Positions 30,765-40,291 of a stretch of DNA of 64,000 nucleotides are shown here, in pieces. Location: assembly GCA_963762115.1 (NCBI GenBank), contig CAVXJH010000003.1, positions 256,001 through 320,000 of the forward strand. The letters run 5' to 3'. The notes below the pieces were generated by a model. That model did not search any database. It had not been told where the DNA came from and was given only the letters and a program-made list of their open reading frames with translations. The DNA comes from Candidatus Babeliales bacterium (lineage in GTDB: Bacteria > Babelota > Babeliae > Babelales > JANWKD01). Every line of letters starts with the position of its first letter. Position 1 is the stretch's first letter. Both the position numbers and the translations under genes were made by a program.

Positions 30765-30813
30765 GCCAAAAACTTACATGTTGTTGTTAACAATTAATAA
30801 AAGGAAAACAAAG

Positions 30814-31713
30814 ATGAATCAATCAGTTATATGGCTTGACGGAACCTTAGTTCCATGGGATCAGGCTACAATTCACCTAATGACCCACACATTGCATTAT
30901 GGTTCAGGAGCTTTTGAAGGCATTCGATGCTATGCAACAGAACAAGGTCCCGCAATTTTCAGATTATCTGATCATGTTGATAGATTATTGCATTCATTTT
31001 CTTGTTTTGGCACCAAAATTCCCTGGACAAAAGCAACATTAGAACAAGCAATTATTGATACAATAAAAGCAAATAAACTTGATAACTGTTATATCCGCCC
31101 TCTTATTTTTTTTGGATCAGAATCACTCTTATTAAGTCCAAAAAACTTATCGGTTCATTGCGCTATTATTGTTATTGGCATGGATAAATATTTAGGAAAA
31201 GAAGCTATCAATGTTGGCATTTCTTTGATTAGACGTATTAACCCTCAATCAGTGCCAATACATAACAAAATAAATGGTTATTACGTTAATTCTATTTTTG
31301 CTTTTCATGAAATAAAAGATCGTGGATTTGATGAAGCCTTATTGCTCGATCATGAAGGAAATATCTCAGAAGGCTCTGTAGCTAATATATTTTTCGTTAT
31401 TGATGGCATACTCAAAACACCACCCCCCACATCAATTTTGCCGGGCATAACACGTGCATCAGTATTAACTATTGCTCAAAAATTAAATATTAAAACCAGT
31501 GAAGAAACAATAACCTTGCATGATATTACCCGAGCAACAGAAGCATTTTTTACCGGAACAGCAAGCGAAATTACATCAATTAAACAAATTGAACAAAAAG
31601 AATTTTCATTAACTCAAAATAAATTCACACAAAAAATAAAGAATTCTTATCATAATTGTATAACAGGAAAAGATACCTCTTTTAAATCTTGGTTAACACA
31701 TATTAATAATTAA
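30814..31713 (+). CDS. ilvE: Class IV (branched-chain-type) amino acid aminotransferase
   Basis: THTLHYG.GAFEG, YIRPL, KINGYY, EGSVANIF, ILPGITR, FFTGTASE; start moved to MNQSVIW (AAGGA RBS). Confidence 0.92.
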   Translation: MNQSVIWLDGTLVPWDQATIHLMTHTLHYGSGAFEGIRCYATEQGPAIFRLSDHVDRLLHSFSCFGTKIPWTKATLEQAIIDTIKANKLDNCYIRPLIFFGSESLLLSPKNLSVHCAIIVIGMDKYLGKEAINVGISLIRRINPQSVPIHNKINGYYVNSIFAFHEIKDRGFDEALLLDHEGNISEGSVANIFFVIDGILKTPPPTSILPGITRASVLTIAQKLNIKTSEETITLHDITRATEAFFTGTASEITSIKQIEQKEFSLTQNKFTQKIKNSYHNCITGKDTSFKSWLTHINN

Positions 31714-31738
31714 TCGTTATATAAGAAAAGGACCCCAT

Positions 31739-32704
31739 ATGAAAAAAATGATTTTGATTATAGTAATCATAATAACAGTTGTTACGAGCTTTATTATTAT
31801 TAAACGTACAAAAAAAACAGGCTCACCAACCGCCCTCACTATTGGCATACTGCAAACAGCATCACATCCAGCACTCGATGCTTCTCGTGATGGTTTCATC
31901 GAAGAATTAAAAAACAAAATGGGCAACAACATTGAATTTATCACTCAAAATGCACAAGGCTCAGTAGCTCAATCTCATGCAATCGCACAACAATTTCATG
32001 CTAACAAAAATATTACAGGATTCTTTGCAATTGCTACCCCTGCAGCGCAAGCCATGAGTGCTCTTGAAAAAGAAAAGCCTATTTTTATTGCCGCGGTAAC
32101 TGACCCCAATGCTTTAGGGTTATTACATCCAACAACAAATGTATGTGGTGTTAAAGATATGATTAATGTTAAAGCTGAAATAGAAATGCTTACTCAATTA
32201 ATACCTCATGCAAAAACAATTGGTCTCATCTACACTTCAGGAGAAACAAATTCAATTGCTTTAACACAACAAATGCAGGCGGAACTTGAAGCACAAGGAT
32301 TAAACCCTGTTAGTTTTGCAATAAGCAATGAATCAGACATACAAGCCATAGTTGAGTTAGCATGTAGAAAAACTGATGTTATCTTGGCTCCGACGGACAA
32401 CACCATCGCGTCGGCTATTAGCCTCATTGCAGAAATAACAATCAAAAACAAGAAGCCTTTAATAGTGAGTGATAATATGCTCGTTAAATTTGGCGCACTC
32501 GCTGCACGAGGGGTTGATTATAAAGCAAGTGGCAAAAAAGCAGCACAAATCGCTTATGAAGTACTCGTTAACAAAAAAAAGCCACATGAGCTACCCGTTG
32601 AACAAGCACAAAGCGAACAAATAGTTATTAATAAAAATACTCTAAAAACTCTCGAATTAACCATTCCTGAGTCTTTAAAAAAACATATTACTTTAATTTC
32701 GTAA
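31739..32704 (+). CDS. ABC substrate-binding protein (TrpX-like)
   Basis: QTASHPALD, NAQGS, IATPAAQ, AVTDP, PTDNT. Confidence 0.9.
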   Translation: MKKMILIIVIIITVVTSFIIIKRTKKTGSPTALTIGILQTASHPALDASRDGFIEELKNKMGNNIEFITQNAQGSVAQSHAIAQQFHANKNITGFFAIATPAAQAMSALEKEKPIFIAAVTDPNALGLLHPTTNVCGVKDMINVKAEIEMLTQLIPHAKTIGLIYTSGETNSIALTQQMQAELEAQGLNPVSFAISNESDIQAIVELACRKTDVILAPTDNTIASAISLIAEITIKNKKPLIVSDNMLVKFGALAARGVDYKASGKKAAQIAYEVLVNKKKPHELPVEQAQSEQIVINKNTLKTLELTIPESLKKHITLIS

Positions 32705-32712
32705 GGAAAAAT

Positions 32713-33672
32713 ATGAATTATAAAAAAATTGGATTAATCATTCTAACTCTTATAGCAGTAACAAGCGTTACGCTAGTGATCAGAAAAAAACAACCTACCA
32801 TAAAAAATGGTATTACCATAGGCATACTACAAACAGCATCACATCCCTCTCTAGATGAAGCTCGAGAAGGATTTGTTACCCTCATCAAGAAAAAATTAGG
32901 GAATAATATTAATTTCATAATTCAAAATGCTCAGGGATCGATTGCTAATGCTCATTCAATTGCTCAGCGCTTTCATGCAAGCAATGGTATTAAAGCCATT
33001 TATGCTATAGCAACTCCTGCCGCACAAGCTATCGCTGCCATTGAAAAAGAAAAACCAATTGTTATAGCAGCCGTAACAGACACAACTCTGTTGCCTAATC
33101 AGTCAAATATTTGTGGTATCAGCGATATGATTGATATACAAAAATTAATTGACATGATACATCAACTCGCACCAAACTTAAAAACTGTGGCACTCCTCTA
33201 TAGTAATGGGGAAGCAAATTCTCTTGTGCAAATTAATCTTATCAAAAATGAGCTAAAAAAAATTAAAATAGATGCACTTGAAATCGGCATTGCACAGGAA
33301 AGCGATATACCAACTGCAGTTTCTATGGCATGTCGTAAATCTGATGCATTGATTTGCCCTGCTGACAACATGCTTGCTTCAGCTATGGAACTTATAGCCT
33401 CTATTGCACTTACCAATAAAAAACCACTTTTTGCCTGCTATAACCAAGCAGTTGTTCAAGGTGCCTTAGCAGCGTATGGAGTTGATTATAAAAATAGCGG
33501 TGAACAAGCAGGAGAAATTACTCTTGCAATACTTACAAAAAACAAAAATCCACGTGATTTTCCACTAGAAAAATCAAAAACTAACAAAATATATATTAAC
33601 AAAAATACGTTAACAACACTTGAATTAACCGTTCCAGAAACATTAAAAAAAGACGTTATTATTTTTGTATAA
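32713..33672 (+). CDS. ABC substrate-binding protein (TrpX-like), tandem paralog
   Basis: QTASHPSLD, NAQGS, IATPAAQ, PADNM; clearly similar to the preceding gene. Confidence 0.9.
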   Translation: MNYKKIGLIILTLIAVTSVTLVIRKKQPTIKNGITIGILQTASHPSLDEAREGFVTLIKKKLGNNINFIIQNAQGSIANAHSIAQRFHASNGIKAIYAIATPAAQAIAAIEKEKPIVIAAVTDTTLLPNQSNICGISDMIDIQKLIDMIHQLAPNLKTVALLYSNGEANSLVQINLIKNELKKIKIDALEIGIAQESDIPTAVSMACRKSDALICPADNMLASAMELIASIALTNKKPLFACYNQAVVQGALAAYGVDYKNSGEQAGEITLAILTKNKNPRDFPLEKSKTNKIYINKNTLTTLELTVPETLKKDVIIFV

Positions 33673-33684
33673 AGGAGAAATAAA

Positions 33685-34530
33685 ATGATTGAATTACTAC
33701 AAATAACACAAGGTATTATTGAACGCGGATTAATTTTCGGCATTATTGTTGCAGCGGTGTATCTTGCATCACGGCTTATTAATTTTGATAATTTAGCAGT
33801 TGAAGGCGCTTTTGGACTTGGCGGCGCCATCACTGCTTTCATAATCAGTTATGGAATTAATCCTTGGATTGGCCTCATTGGAGCATCAATTGCTGGTGCC
33901 CTATCAGGCATAGCTACCGGTTTGCTCAATACTAAATTAAAATTGAATGCATTAATAAGCGGCATCGTTGTTACCACAGGATTATTCTCAATCACCTTAA
34001 AAATAGCAGGATCAAACATGACCTTAGGCGGTAACTCAACTATTTTTAAACTCTTGCCTTCCCTATTAGATCCATATGCATCATTACTCCTTTTAACACT
34101 CATATGCATCATATTATTTTCTCTTATTAATTGGTTTTTAAAAACAGAAGTTGGATTCTTGCTGCATGCAGTTGGTGATACACCGCAAATGCTTACTAAC
34201 GTTGGTAAAAGCATAGATGGTTATACAATTTTAGGACTAACGCTCTCTAACACATTAGCAGCATTAAGCGGCGCATTGTTTGTTCAATATGCCGGTTATT
34301 TTTCAATTTGGGCCAGCGTTGGCGTTTTAATTATCGGATTGGCTGGCATGATACTAGCCCAAACCTTCAGTGCAAGCTTTGGAGTTGCCATTCTAATCGG
34401 CTCCATTGCCTACCAAGCAATTATTGCACTTACTTTTGAATTACAACTTGATCAAGATTGGAACAAATTAATTACAGCATTACTTATTGTTCTCTTACTC
34501 ATAATAAAACAACAACTCAATAAAAAATAA
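33685..34530 (+). CDS. ABC permease (TrpY-like)
   Basis: DNLAVEGAFGLG, KTEVGFLL.AVG, SNTLAALSG. Confidence 0.88.
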   Translation: MIELLQITQGIIERGLIFGIIVAAVYLASRLINFDNLAVEGAFGLGGAITAFIISYGINPWIGLIGASIAGALSGIATGLLNTKLKLNALISGIVVTTGLFSITLKIAGSNMTLGGNSTIFKLLPSLLDPYASLLLLTLICIILFSLINWFLKTEVGFLLHAVGDTPQMLTNVGKSIDGYTILGLTLSNTLAALSGALFVQYAGYFSIWASVGVLIIGLAGMILAQTFSASFGVAILIGSIAYQAIIALTFELQLDQDWNKLITALLIVLLLIIKQQLNKK

Positions 34531-34540
34531 GGTAATAACC

Positions 34541-35290
34541 ATGTTAAAACTTAAAAATATTAATGTATCATTTGGCAATAACCATATTTTACGTAATCTT
34601 TCTTGCGATGTGCAACCAGGCGATTTCATTGTCATTGTAGGAGCCAATGGCGCAGGGAAAAGCACTTTTTTTGATACCATTGCCGGTAAAATCAAACCCA
34701 AAAATGGCTCAATCACCCTTGATAATGCTGATATAACTCAATTAAATGAGCAGCAAAGATCTGGTATGATTACCCGCATTTTTCAAAACACACGCTTAAA
34801 TTCAGTAGGATCATTCACCGTAAAACAAAATCTTGCTATAGCACAATATAGCCGCCGCAATGCACGCCTTGTTAACGGCATGCAAGCAATGCCCAACGAG
34901 CGAGCAGAACAATTAATACTAAATCTCGGTATGGATCCTTCCATTTTAGAAAAACCTATGAATGCACTATCAGGCGGCCAAAGACAACTTATTGCCTTTG
35001 TGATGGCAACGCAACTCACCCCTAAAATACTCTTACTTGACGAGCCTACTGCAGCCCTTGATCCTCAAGCTGCTACAAAACTTCTTCACTATGCCGCACA
35101 ATTTATTAAACAACATCATATCACTACCTTATTGATAACTCATGATCCACATATTGCCCTAAATATAGGTAATAAAATTTGGATTTTAGAAAATGGTACA
35201 ATTTCCAGACAATTTTCATCAGAGGAAAAGAAAAATTTAAATCCTGATAAACTTATTGGCCAAATTGATTATGAAAAAATTGCTCAATAG
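34541..35290 (+). CDS. ABC ATP-binding protein
   Basis: GANGAGKST, LSGGQRQ, LLLDEPTAALDP, ITHD. Confidence 0.94.
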   Translation: MLKLKNINVSFGNNHILRNLSCDVQPGDFIVIVGANGAGKSTFFDTIAGKIKPKNGSITLDNADITQLNEQQRSGMITRIFQNTRLNSVGSFTVKQNLAIAQYSRRNARLVNGMQAMPNERAEQLILNLGMDPSILEKPMNALSGGQRQLIAFVMATQLTPKILLLDEPTAALDPQAATKLLHYAAQFIKQHHITTLLITHDPHIALNIGNKIWILENGTISRQFSSEEKKNLNPDKLIGQIDYEKIAQ

Positions 35291-35408
35291 AGATAAAACG
35301 TGTTTTTATAATATTTAACGTCAATTTGAAACATTTGTTACAATTTTTTATTTTTATGGTGCTATTTTAATAGTAGTTATTTATTTATTACTTTATAAGG
35401 AGTTAATC

Positions 35409-35561
35409 ATGTTATCCAACATGCAAACTAATAATTTCACTCAATCCCCCCAGGGGTCTTCTCAAAGATCTTTACGTGCTTTCCCTGCACTTTTTTCCCC
35501 TTCAATCATCACCCCTGATTCTAGCTTTTATTACCTATCTTTTTATTATTATTGCGTCTAA
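35409..35561 (+). CDS. Putative Tyr-rich leader peptide (50 aa)
   Basis: MLSNMQTNNFTQSPQGSSQRSLRAFPALFSPSIITPDSSFYYLSFYYYCV*; AAGGAG RBS; 13-bp hairpin over the YYY codons and stop. Confidence 0.65.
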   Translation: MLSNMQTNNFTQSPQGSSQRSLRAFPALFSPSIITPDSSFYYLSFYYYCV

Positions 35562-35747
35562 CGCAATAATAATCTCACAAATTACTAAATATTTATTTTT
35601 AAACATTTTTAGATTTATCCAATATTTCTTTATAACAATTTTGCATCATCTAAAAAAATAATATTTTTTAGTAAATTTATTTTTTATAATTACCATTTTT
35701 CAAATTTATTTTAACTATAAAATTTAAACCTAATAAGGAAGCACTTT

Positions 35748-36764
35748 ATGCATTTAAAAAATATTTTTATATTAGTATTAATAGCTATTTCTATCTTGAG
35801 TTGTTTTCATAGCTATAAAAAAAGAAATAACAAAAACACACTTGCTCAGAAAATCTATACGATATTTGAACAGCACTTAGTCACCTATGATATTGATGAG
35901 CGGAGTATTAGCGCGAATGTAGATACAAACGACCAACCTATATCAGGACAACAACTTTTTATCAATCAGATTTGCAAGCATATGCAGACACACAAACCAA
36001 TTACAATGCTCTTAATTGGATTTCCTTTCAAAGCCGTTAATACTGAAAAAAAAGTTATTAGTAGATTACCCGATATGGCAGAACGAAGATCACTTGAATA
36101 CCTACAAACGATGCTGGATAAGATCAAGTTGGTTTATGAACCTGGTGCACAAATAACAATTTTTTGTGATGGCGTTCAATTTGCCGAATTTTTTGAAATA
36201 CCACTCGAAGATGTAGAGCATTATGAACAAACACTAAAAATACTCATAAAGGACTTACCGAATATTAAGCTTTACTGCTCAGCAGAATTTATCGAAGATA
36301 ACAATCTAAATCATGCATCAGAAATTAATACTGTTATCGATCAATATGACCCTAGTACCGAAAATTTCAAAAAAAATTTACCACCAATACTAGAGCTTGC
36401 CAAAAGGCGCATTAGTTTGGATTTTGATTGCAAAAAAAGCAAAAAAGTCTTGGAACATCATTCGCTTGATTCTATTGTCATTGATTTATTAGCACGTGAA
36501 GCAAGGTTACGCAATTATATTACTAAAATGTTTCCAGCTGAAAAATTCATTCGTCTAACCGTACATTTCTCTCAGGATATAAGCAAAAAATTTGGCATAA
36601 AAGTTTCACCTTCGTCATACATTACGCCTTATCATGGAGTACTTGTACAAGACAAAAATAACAATTGGAAAATTCAATTTAAAAAAGATGTTGACACGAC
36701 TAAATACAAAATAACATCAACAATGATTAACGGCATTCGATGCCCATATTTTATAGAAATTTAA
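35748..36764 (+). CDS. Isocyanide synthase family (PvcA/IsnA/Dit1) protein with N-terminal hydrophobic segment
   Basis: GFPFKAVN..KV...LPDMAE, YEPGAQITIFCDG, IRLTVH, KFGI, TPYHGV. Confidence 0.85.
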   Translation: MHLKNIFILVLIAISILSCFHSYKKRNNKNTLAQKIYTIFEQHLVTYDIDERSISANVDTNDQPISGQQLFINQICKHMQTHKPITMLLIGFPFKAVNTEKKVISRLPDMAERRSLEYLQTMLDKIKLVYEPGAQITIFCDGVQFAEFFEIPLEDVEHYEQTLKILIKDLPNIKLYCSAEFIEDNNLNHASEINTVIDQYDPSTENFKKNLPPILELAKRRISLDFDCKKSKKVLEHHSLDSIVIDLLAREARLRNYITKMFPAEKFIRLTVHFSQDISKKFGIKVSPSSYITPYHGVLVQDKNNNWKIQFKKDVDTTKYKITSTMINGIRCPYFIEI

Positions 36765-36799
36765 TTTTTATTTTTACCATTAAAGTTAAGGAAATAATC

Positions 36800-38065
36800 A
36801 TGCTTTGTTTTAAAAAAATTCATATTATTATTACATCTCTACTTATTACTTCTTCATCACTTATTGGCATGGAAGATGGATTTTCCGACCAGACCACTAT
36901 TAAACAATTCGATCAAGAAAATTTTAACTTCCCCCTCATACATCCCATTCCACAACAATTAAGAAACCTTCCAGAAGCATTCATGCGTTATGTTAACCAA
37001 CTTCCACGCATAACCATGGATAATGGTTCTATTGAAATTGAAAGCACTATCACTGAATTTATTTGTAAATTTAGCAATAGCCATAATCCTATAACAGGCA
37101 AAGAAGTACTTATAGAAAAAATAAGGCGTAACATTAATCAAGGATCGCCAATCTCATTCATGCTTTTAGGATTTCCCATAAAATCCCCTAATTCTGATAG
37201 CAAAGTAATTGCCCCATCATTAGATATGGCAGAACTTTGTGCACTTCTTACGCTTAACCATATTGCTAAAGAAATCGAAACTGTGTACTCATCTGGCGCT
37301 CAAATCAAACTTTGTACAAGAGAGCCGTTCATATTTGATTTCAATAATGCAGCAAAAAAAGGCGGGGGCATCGAACTTTTCTCAGAAGAAAAAGTTGAAA
37401 AATACCAGAGACAACTAAAAAGTCTTGTTGACTATTTTTTTCCCACTTTGCAAATAGATAATATAAGTGATATTAGGCAACTCTATAATGAAAAATATGC
37501 TCATGAACCCGCAGCAATTAATAAATCTGATAAGGCTAACTATAGTGTGTTTATGCAAGAAGAAATTAGATATGAAGCCTTTTTAGATTCGCTAAGAACA
37601 GAAGTATTGGCTAATAATGATATGGTTAGAGCATCTGTTAATAAAAAATTTAAAGAGGCGCAAGGTCATAATTTCATGAGTATGAAACAACATTTTGATC
37701 TCAGTACAATAGAAAAAATAAAAAAACTCATACCCATCAACGCTGAAATTAAAAAAATTGCCGAAGCCCTTAGCGTTCATGCTGCTCTTGGGGCCATACG
37801 AATGCGCAAATTAATTGAAGAAAACTATGCCACTGAAAATTATATACGCCTTTCGATTCATCCAAGCAAAGACGGTGATGTAAGTCAAAAATTAGGAATC
37901 AATCTTATTCCAGGATCAACATTAACACCTTGGCATGCGGCAGCAGTGGTTACCCGCGAAGGCATGGTTACTTTAAAACACACAAAAGAAGTTAAAAAAA
38001 AGGCGGTAAAACATTACACTACAGCCCATAACCTTAATCTTGCGTACCTAGAGGAAAACTTATGA
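36800..38065 (+). CDS. Second, divergent isocyanide synthase family protein with signal peptide
   Basis: GFPIKSPN..KV...DMAE, YSSGAQI, IRLSIHP, KLGI, TPWH; start taken at MLCFKK (AAGGA RBS). Confidence 0.8.
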   Translation: MLCFKKIHIIITSLLITSSSLIGMEDGFSDQTTIKQFDQENFNFPLIHPIPQQLRNLPEAFMRYVNQLPRITMDNGSIEIESTITEFICKFSNSHNPITGKEVLIEKIRRNINQGSPISFMLLGFPIKSPNSDSKVIAPSLDMAELCALLTLNHIAKEIETVYSSGAQIKLCTREPFIFDFNNAAKKGGGIELFSEEKVEKYQRQLKSLVDYFFPTLQIDNISDIRQLYNEKYAHEPAAINKSDKANYSVFMQEEIRYEAFLDSLRTEVLANNDMVRASVNKKFKEAQGHNFMSMKQHFDLSTIEKIKKLIPINAEIKKIAEALSVHAALGAIRMRKLIEENYATENYIRLSIHPSKDGDVSQKLGINLIPGSTLTPWHAAAVVTREGMVTLKHTKEVKKKAVKHYTTAHNLNLAYLEENL

Positions 38066-38138
38066 CCTTCCCATTCACCACAAAACGGGTTAGACTACGT
38101 TAAAAAAAGTAGGTATACATTAAAAAAGTGAGAAATAC

Positions 38139-39686
38139 ATGAAGCACAAAAAAATCATATCGATAATCACAACGCTTTTATTTAGCTTATTTTTATCAGT
38201 ACAAGCTGATAACAGCTTTGATGATCATCGGGAAACATTCGGAAAAACTTTTTTCAATCCACGCTCACCAAGCTTAAATAAAGCACAAGAATCATCCGGC
38301 GTTGCTCGCTTTATGTGGCCTTCGCAAGATTGCACTATTAACGGATTTGCTTCAGTAGCTTCTGAATTTGCTATTTCTTTCAACAAGAATGCCGTTGGGC
38401 AATATATTTTTTTCAATGGTTCAAGCACCATGAAAACAGGAACCGCTGCAGGACCAGGTGTTGATATTTTTGGCCCAAACTTTTTACTCAATGATAATTT
38501 TACCGATGCCATCACTGCACGGCCACAAGTAAAAACAGAGGTCATAGATTTCAGTTTTTATGCACAATTAGATTCAATTTTAGATGGTCTCTATATTATT
38601 GCTCATGTACCCATATGTTGGGCTCATTGGGGAGTTGATTTAATTGAAAGTAACAGTTTTGTCGGAACCACAATTGGAGCACAAGAACTTGGTAATCCAA
38701 TAGCAACACAAGCACCCTTTAATTCTTTAATCGATGCTTGGAATGGACAAGCAACTTTTTTTGACGTCAAACAACCTATGAACTATGCACGAATTGATGG
38801 CATACAAAAAAAATTCAAAGGCGGCGATGTTGAAGTCGCTCTTGGTTACACTTTCATACAAGATGAATGCAATTATATTAGCTTAAATGCCCGCGGAATA
38901 TTCCCCACCAGCAACAGACCTGAAGCTATCTTTTTGTTTGAACCATGCACAGGAAATTTTCATCATTATGAAGTCGGGTTTGGCATTCTTGCTGGATCAG
39001 AGTTATGGTATTGCGATAACAACAAAACATTACATGGATTTGTTAATGCGAATCTCTATCACTCCTGCAAAACACGACAAAAAAGAACATTTGATTTAAA
39101 AGAAAATGGCCCTGGAAGTCGTTATTTACTCTTTAAAAAATTTGATAGCACCGGACACTATGCAGGAGAAATCGTCCGCGGACCAAATATACTCACTCTT
39201 GATATAAATACCCATAATATGGCGCATGGCGATGCGGTATTTATGCTTGATTATAATCAAAAAGGATTCAACTGGAACATTGGTTATAATATTTGGGGGC
39301 GAACACGCGATGAAATTACCCTGAATCAAACCATACCCGAAGCAACCTATGGCATTGCAGGGCTAACCGGAACGGATCCCGCTAAGGATAGAAATAGAAC
39401 TGCCAGCAAAACAACAATAAGTGGCGAAAATGCCTCTGATCCTGATGGTGGCACAATGGGCTCATTTCTTAATAATGTTTACCTCACCACTGATGATATC
39501 AATATCAGGTCTGCAGCCCATCCTGGGTGCTTTACGCATGGTATTTTCACCTATGTTGGCTATGTTTGGGACTGCTTTGCCCTGGCTCCTTTTATGGGCA
39601 TTGGCACTGAAGTCGAGTTTTCAGGTTCAGGAAACGATGCTTTCAGAATGTGGCACGTTTGGGGAAAACTGGGTTTAAGCTTTTAA
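38139..39686 (+). CDS. Putative outer-membrane beta-barrel protein
   Basis: Signal peptide; alternating-pattern strands rich in aromatics and Gly; ends VWGKLGLSF (C-terminal Phe, beta-signal-like). Confidence 0.6.
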   Translation: MKHKKIISIITTLLFSLFLSVQADNSFDDHRETFGKTFFNPRSPSLNKAQESSGVARFMWPSQDCTINGFASVASEFAISFNKNAVGQYIFFNGSSTMKTGTAAGPGVDIFGPNFLLNDNFTDAITARPQVKTEVIDFSFYAQLDSILDGLYIIAHVPICWAHWGVDLIESNSFVGTTIGAQELGNPIATQAPFNSLIDAWNGQATFFDVKQPMNYARIDGIQKKFKGGDVEVALGYTFIQDECNYISLNARGIFPTSNRPEAIFLFEPCTGNFHHYEVGFGILAGSELWYCDNNKTLHGFVNANLYHSCKTRQKRTFDLKENGPGSRYLLFKKFDSTGHYAGEIVRGPNILTLDINTHNMAHGDAVFMLDYNQKGFNWNIGYNIWGRTRDEITLNQTIPEATYGIAGLTGTDPAKDRNRTASKTTISGENASDPDGGTMGSFLNNVYLTTDDINIRSAAHPGCFTHGIFTYVGYVWDCFALAPFMGIGTEVEFSGSGNDAFRMWHVWGKLGLSF

Positions 39687-39885
39687 TTCATTACGTATAC
39701 CATTTTTCAAAATCTAATCATTTCAGGGTATTTACAGCCAAAAACATTTCAGATTGAATAGAATAATTAAAAAAATATTGATTTTTAGATTCTAATTGTG
39801 CAATACTGAGAATTGTCCATACAAGCGTACGTTGTAGCGGACATATGTAGTAAAAACAATTTAACCTTTATTAAAGGAGAATCTA

Positions 39886-40155
39886 ATGAAAAAGCTTTTA
39901 TTAGTTACCTTATTTACCCTAGGTTTAGGCTTAGCGGTTGTTGATGCAGACGCTCGTTATAGAAATTCAAACTGTGGTACATGTGCAAGATCATGTGAAA
40001 CAGCTTGTGAAGTTATTGAAGAACCACGCCCAACTCCACCTTGCTGTTTAACAGCGGTCGAAGTTCCTGCTAAAGCAGTTAAACACATCAGCTGGTCATA
40101 TTACTGTCCTAAAGGTTGTAGATCAACCGGCGGAGAAAGTAGCTTCATGGAGTAA
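39886..40155 (+). CDS. Small secreted Cys-rich protein
   Basis: AAAGGAG RBS; signal peptide ending ADA; 8 Cys in the mature part; own terminator. Confidence 0.8.
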   Translation: MKKLLLVTLFTLGLGLAVVDADARYRNSNCGTCARSCETACEVIEEPRPTPPCCLTAVEVPAKAVKHISWSYYCPKGCRSTGGESSFME

Positions 40156-40190
40156 TTTGTGCTCTTAGAGCATATTTATCTAGTATCTTA

Positions 40191-40225
40191 AAAATAGCGT
40201 CGAGAAATCGGCGCTATTTTCTTTT
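40191..40225 (+). terminator. Intrinsic terminator
   Basis: AAAATAGCGTCGA-GAAA-TCGGCGCTATTTT followed by CTTTT. Confidence 0.8.
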
Positions 40226-40291
40226 AAAAAAATCTATTTTATCTTTCGCACTAAGGCGTTATACTATAAAAAACATTAAAAAAATCTCAAA

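Noticed and set aside
30706..30813. N-terminal extension of the ilvE ORF in the track
   Set aside because: It runs through the terminator; the ATG at 30814 has an RBS and matches the family start
35476..35661. 61-aa hydrophobic ORF in the track
   Set aside because: GTG start without RBS; overlaps the better-supported 35409..35561 leader frame
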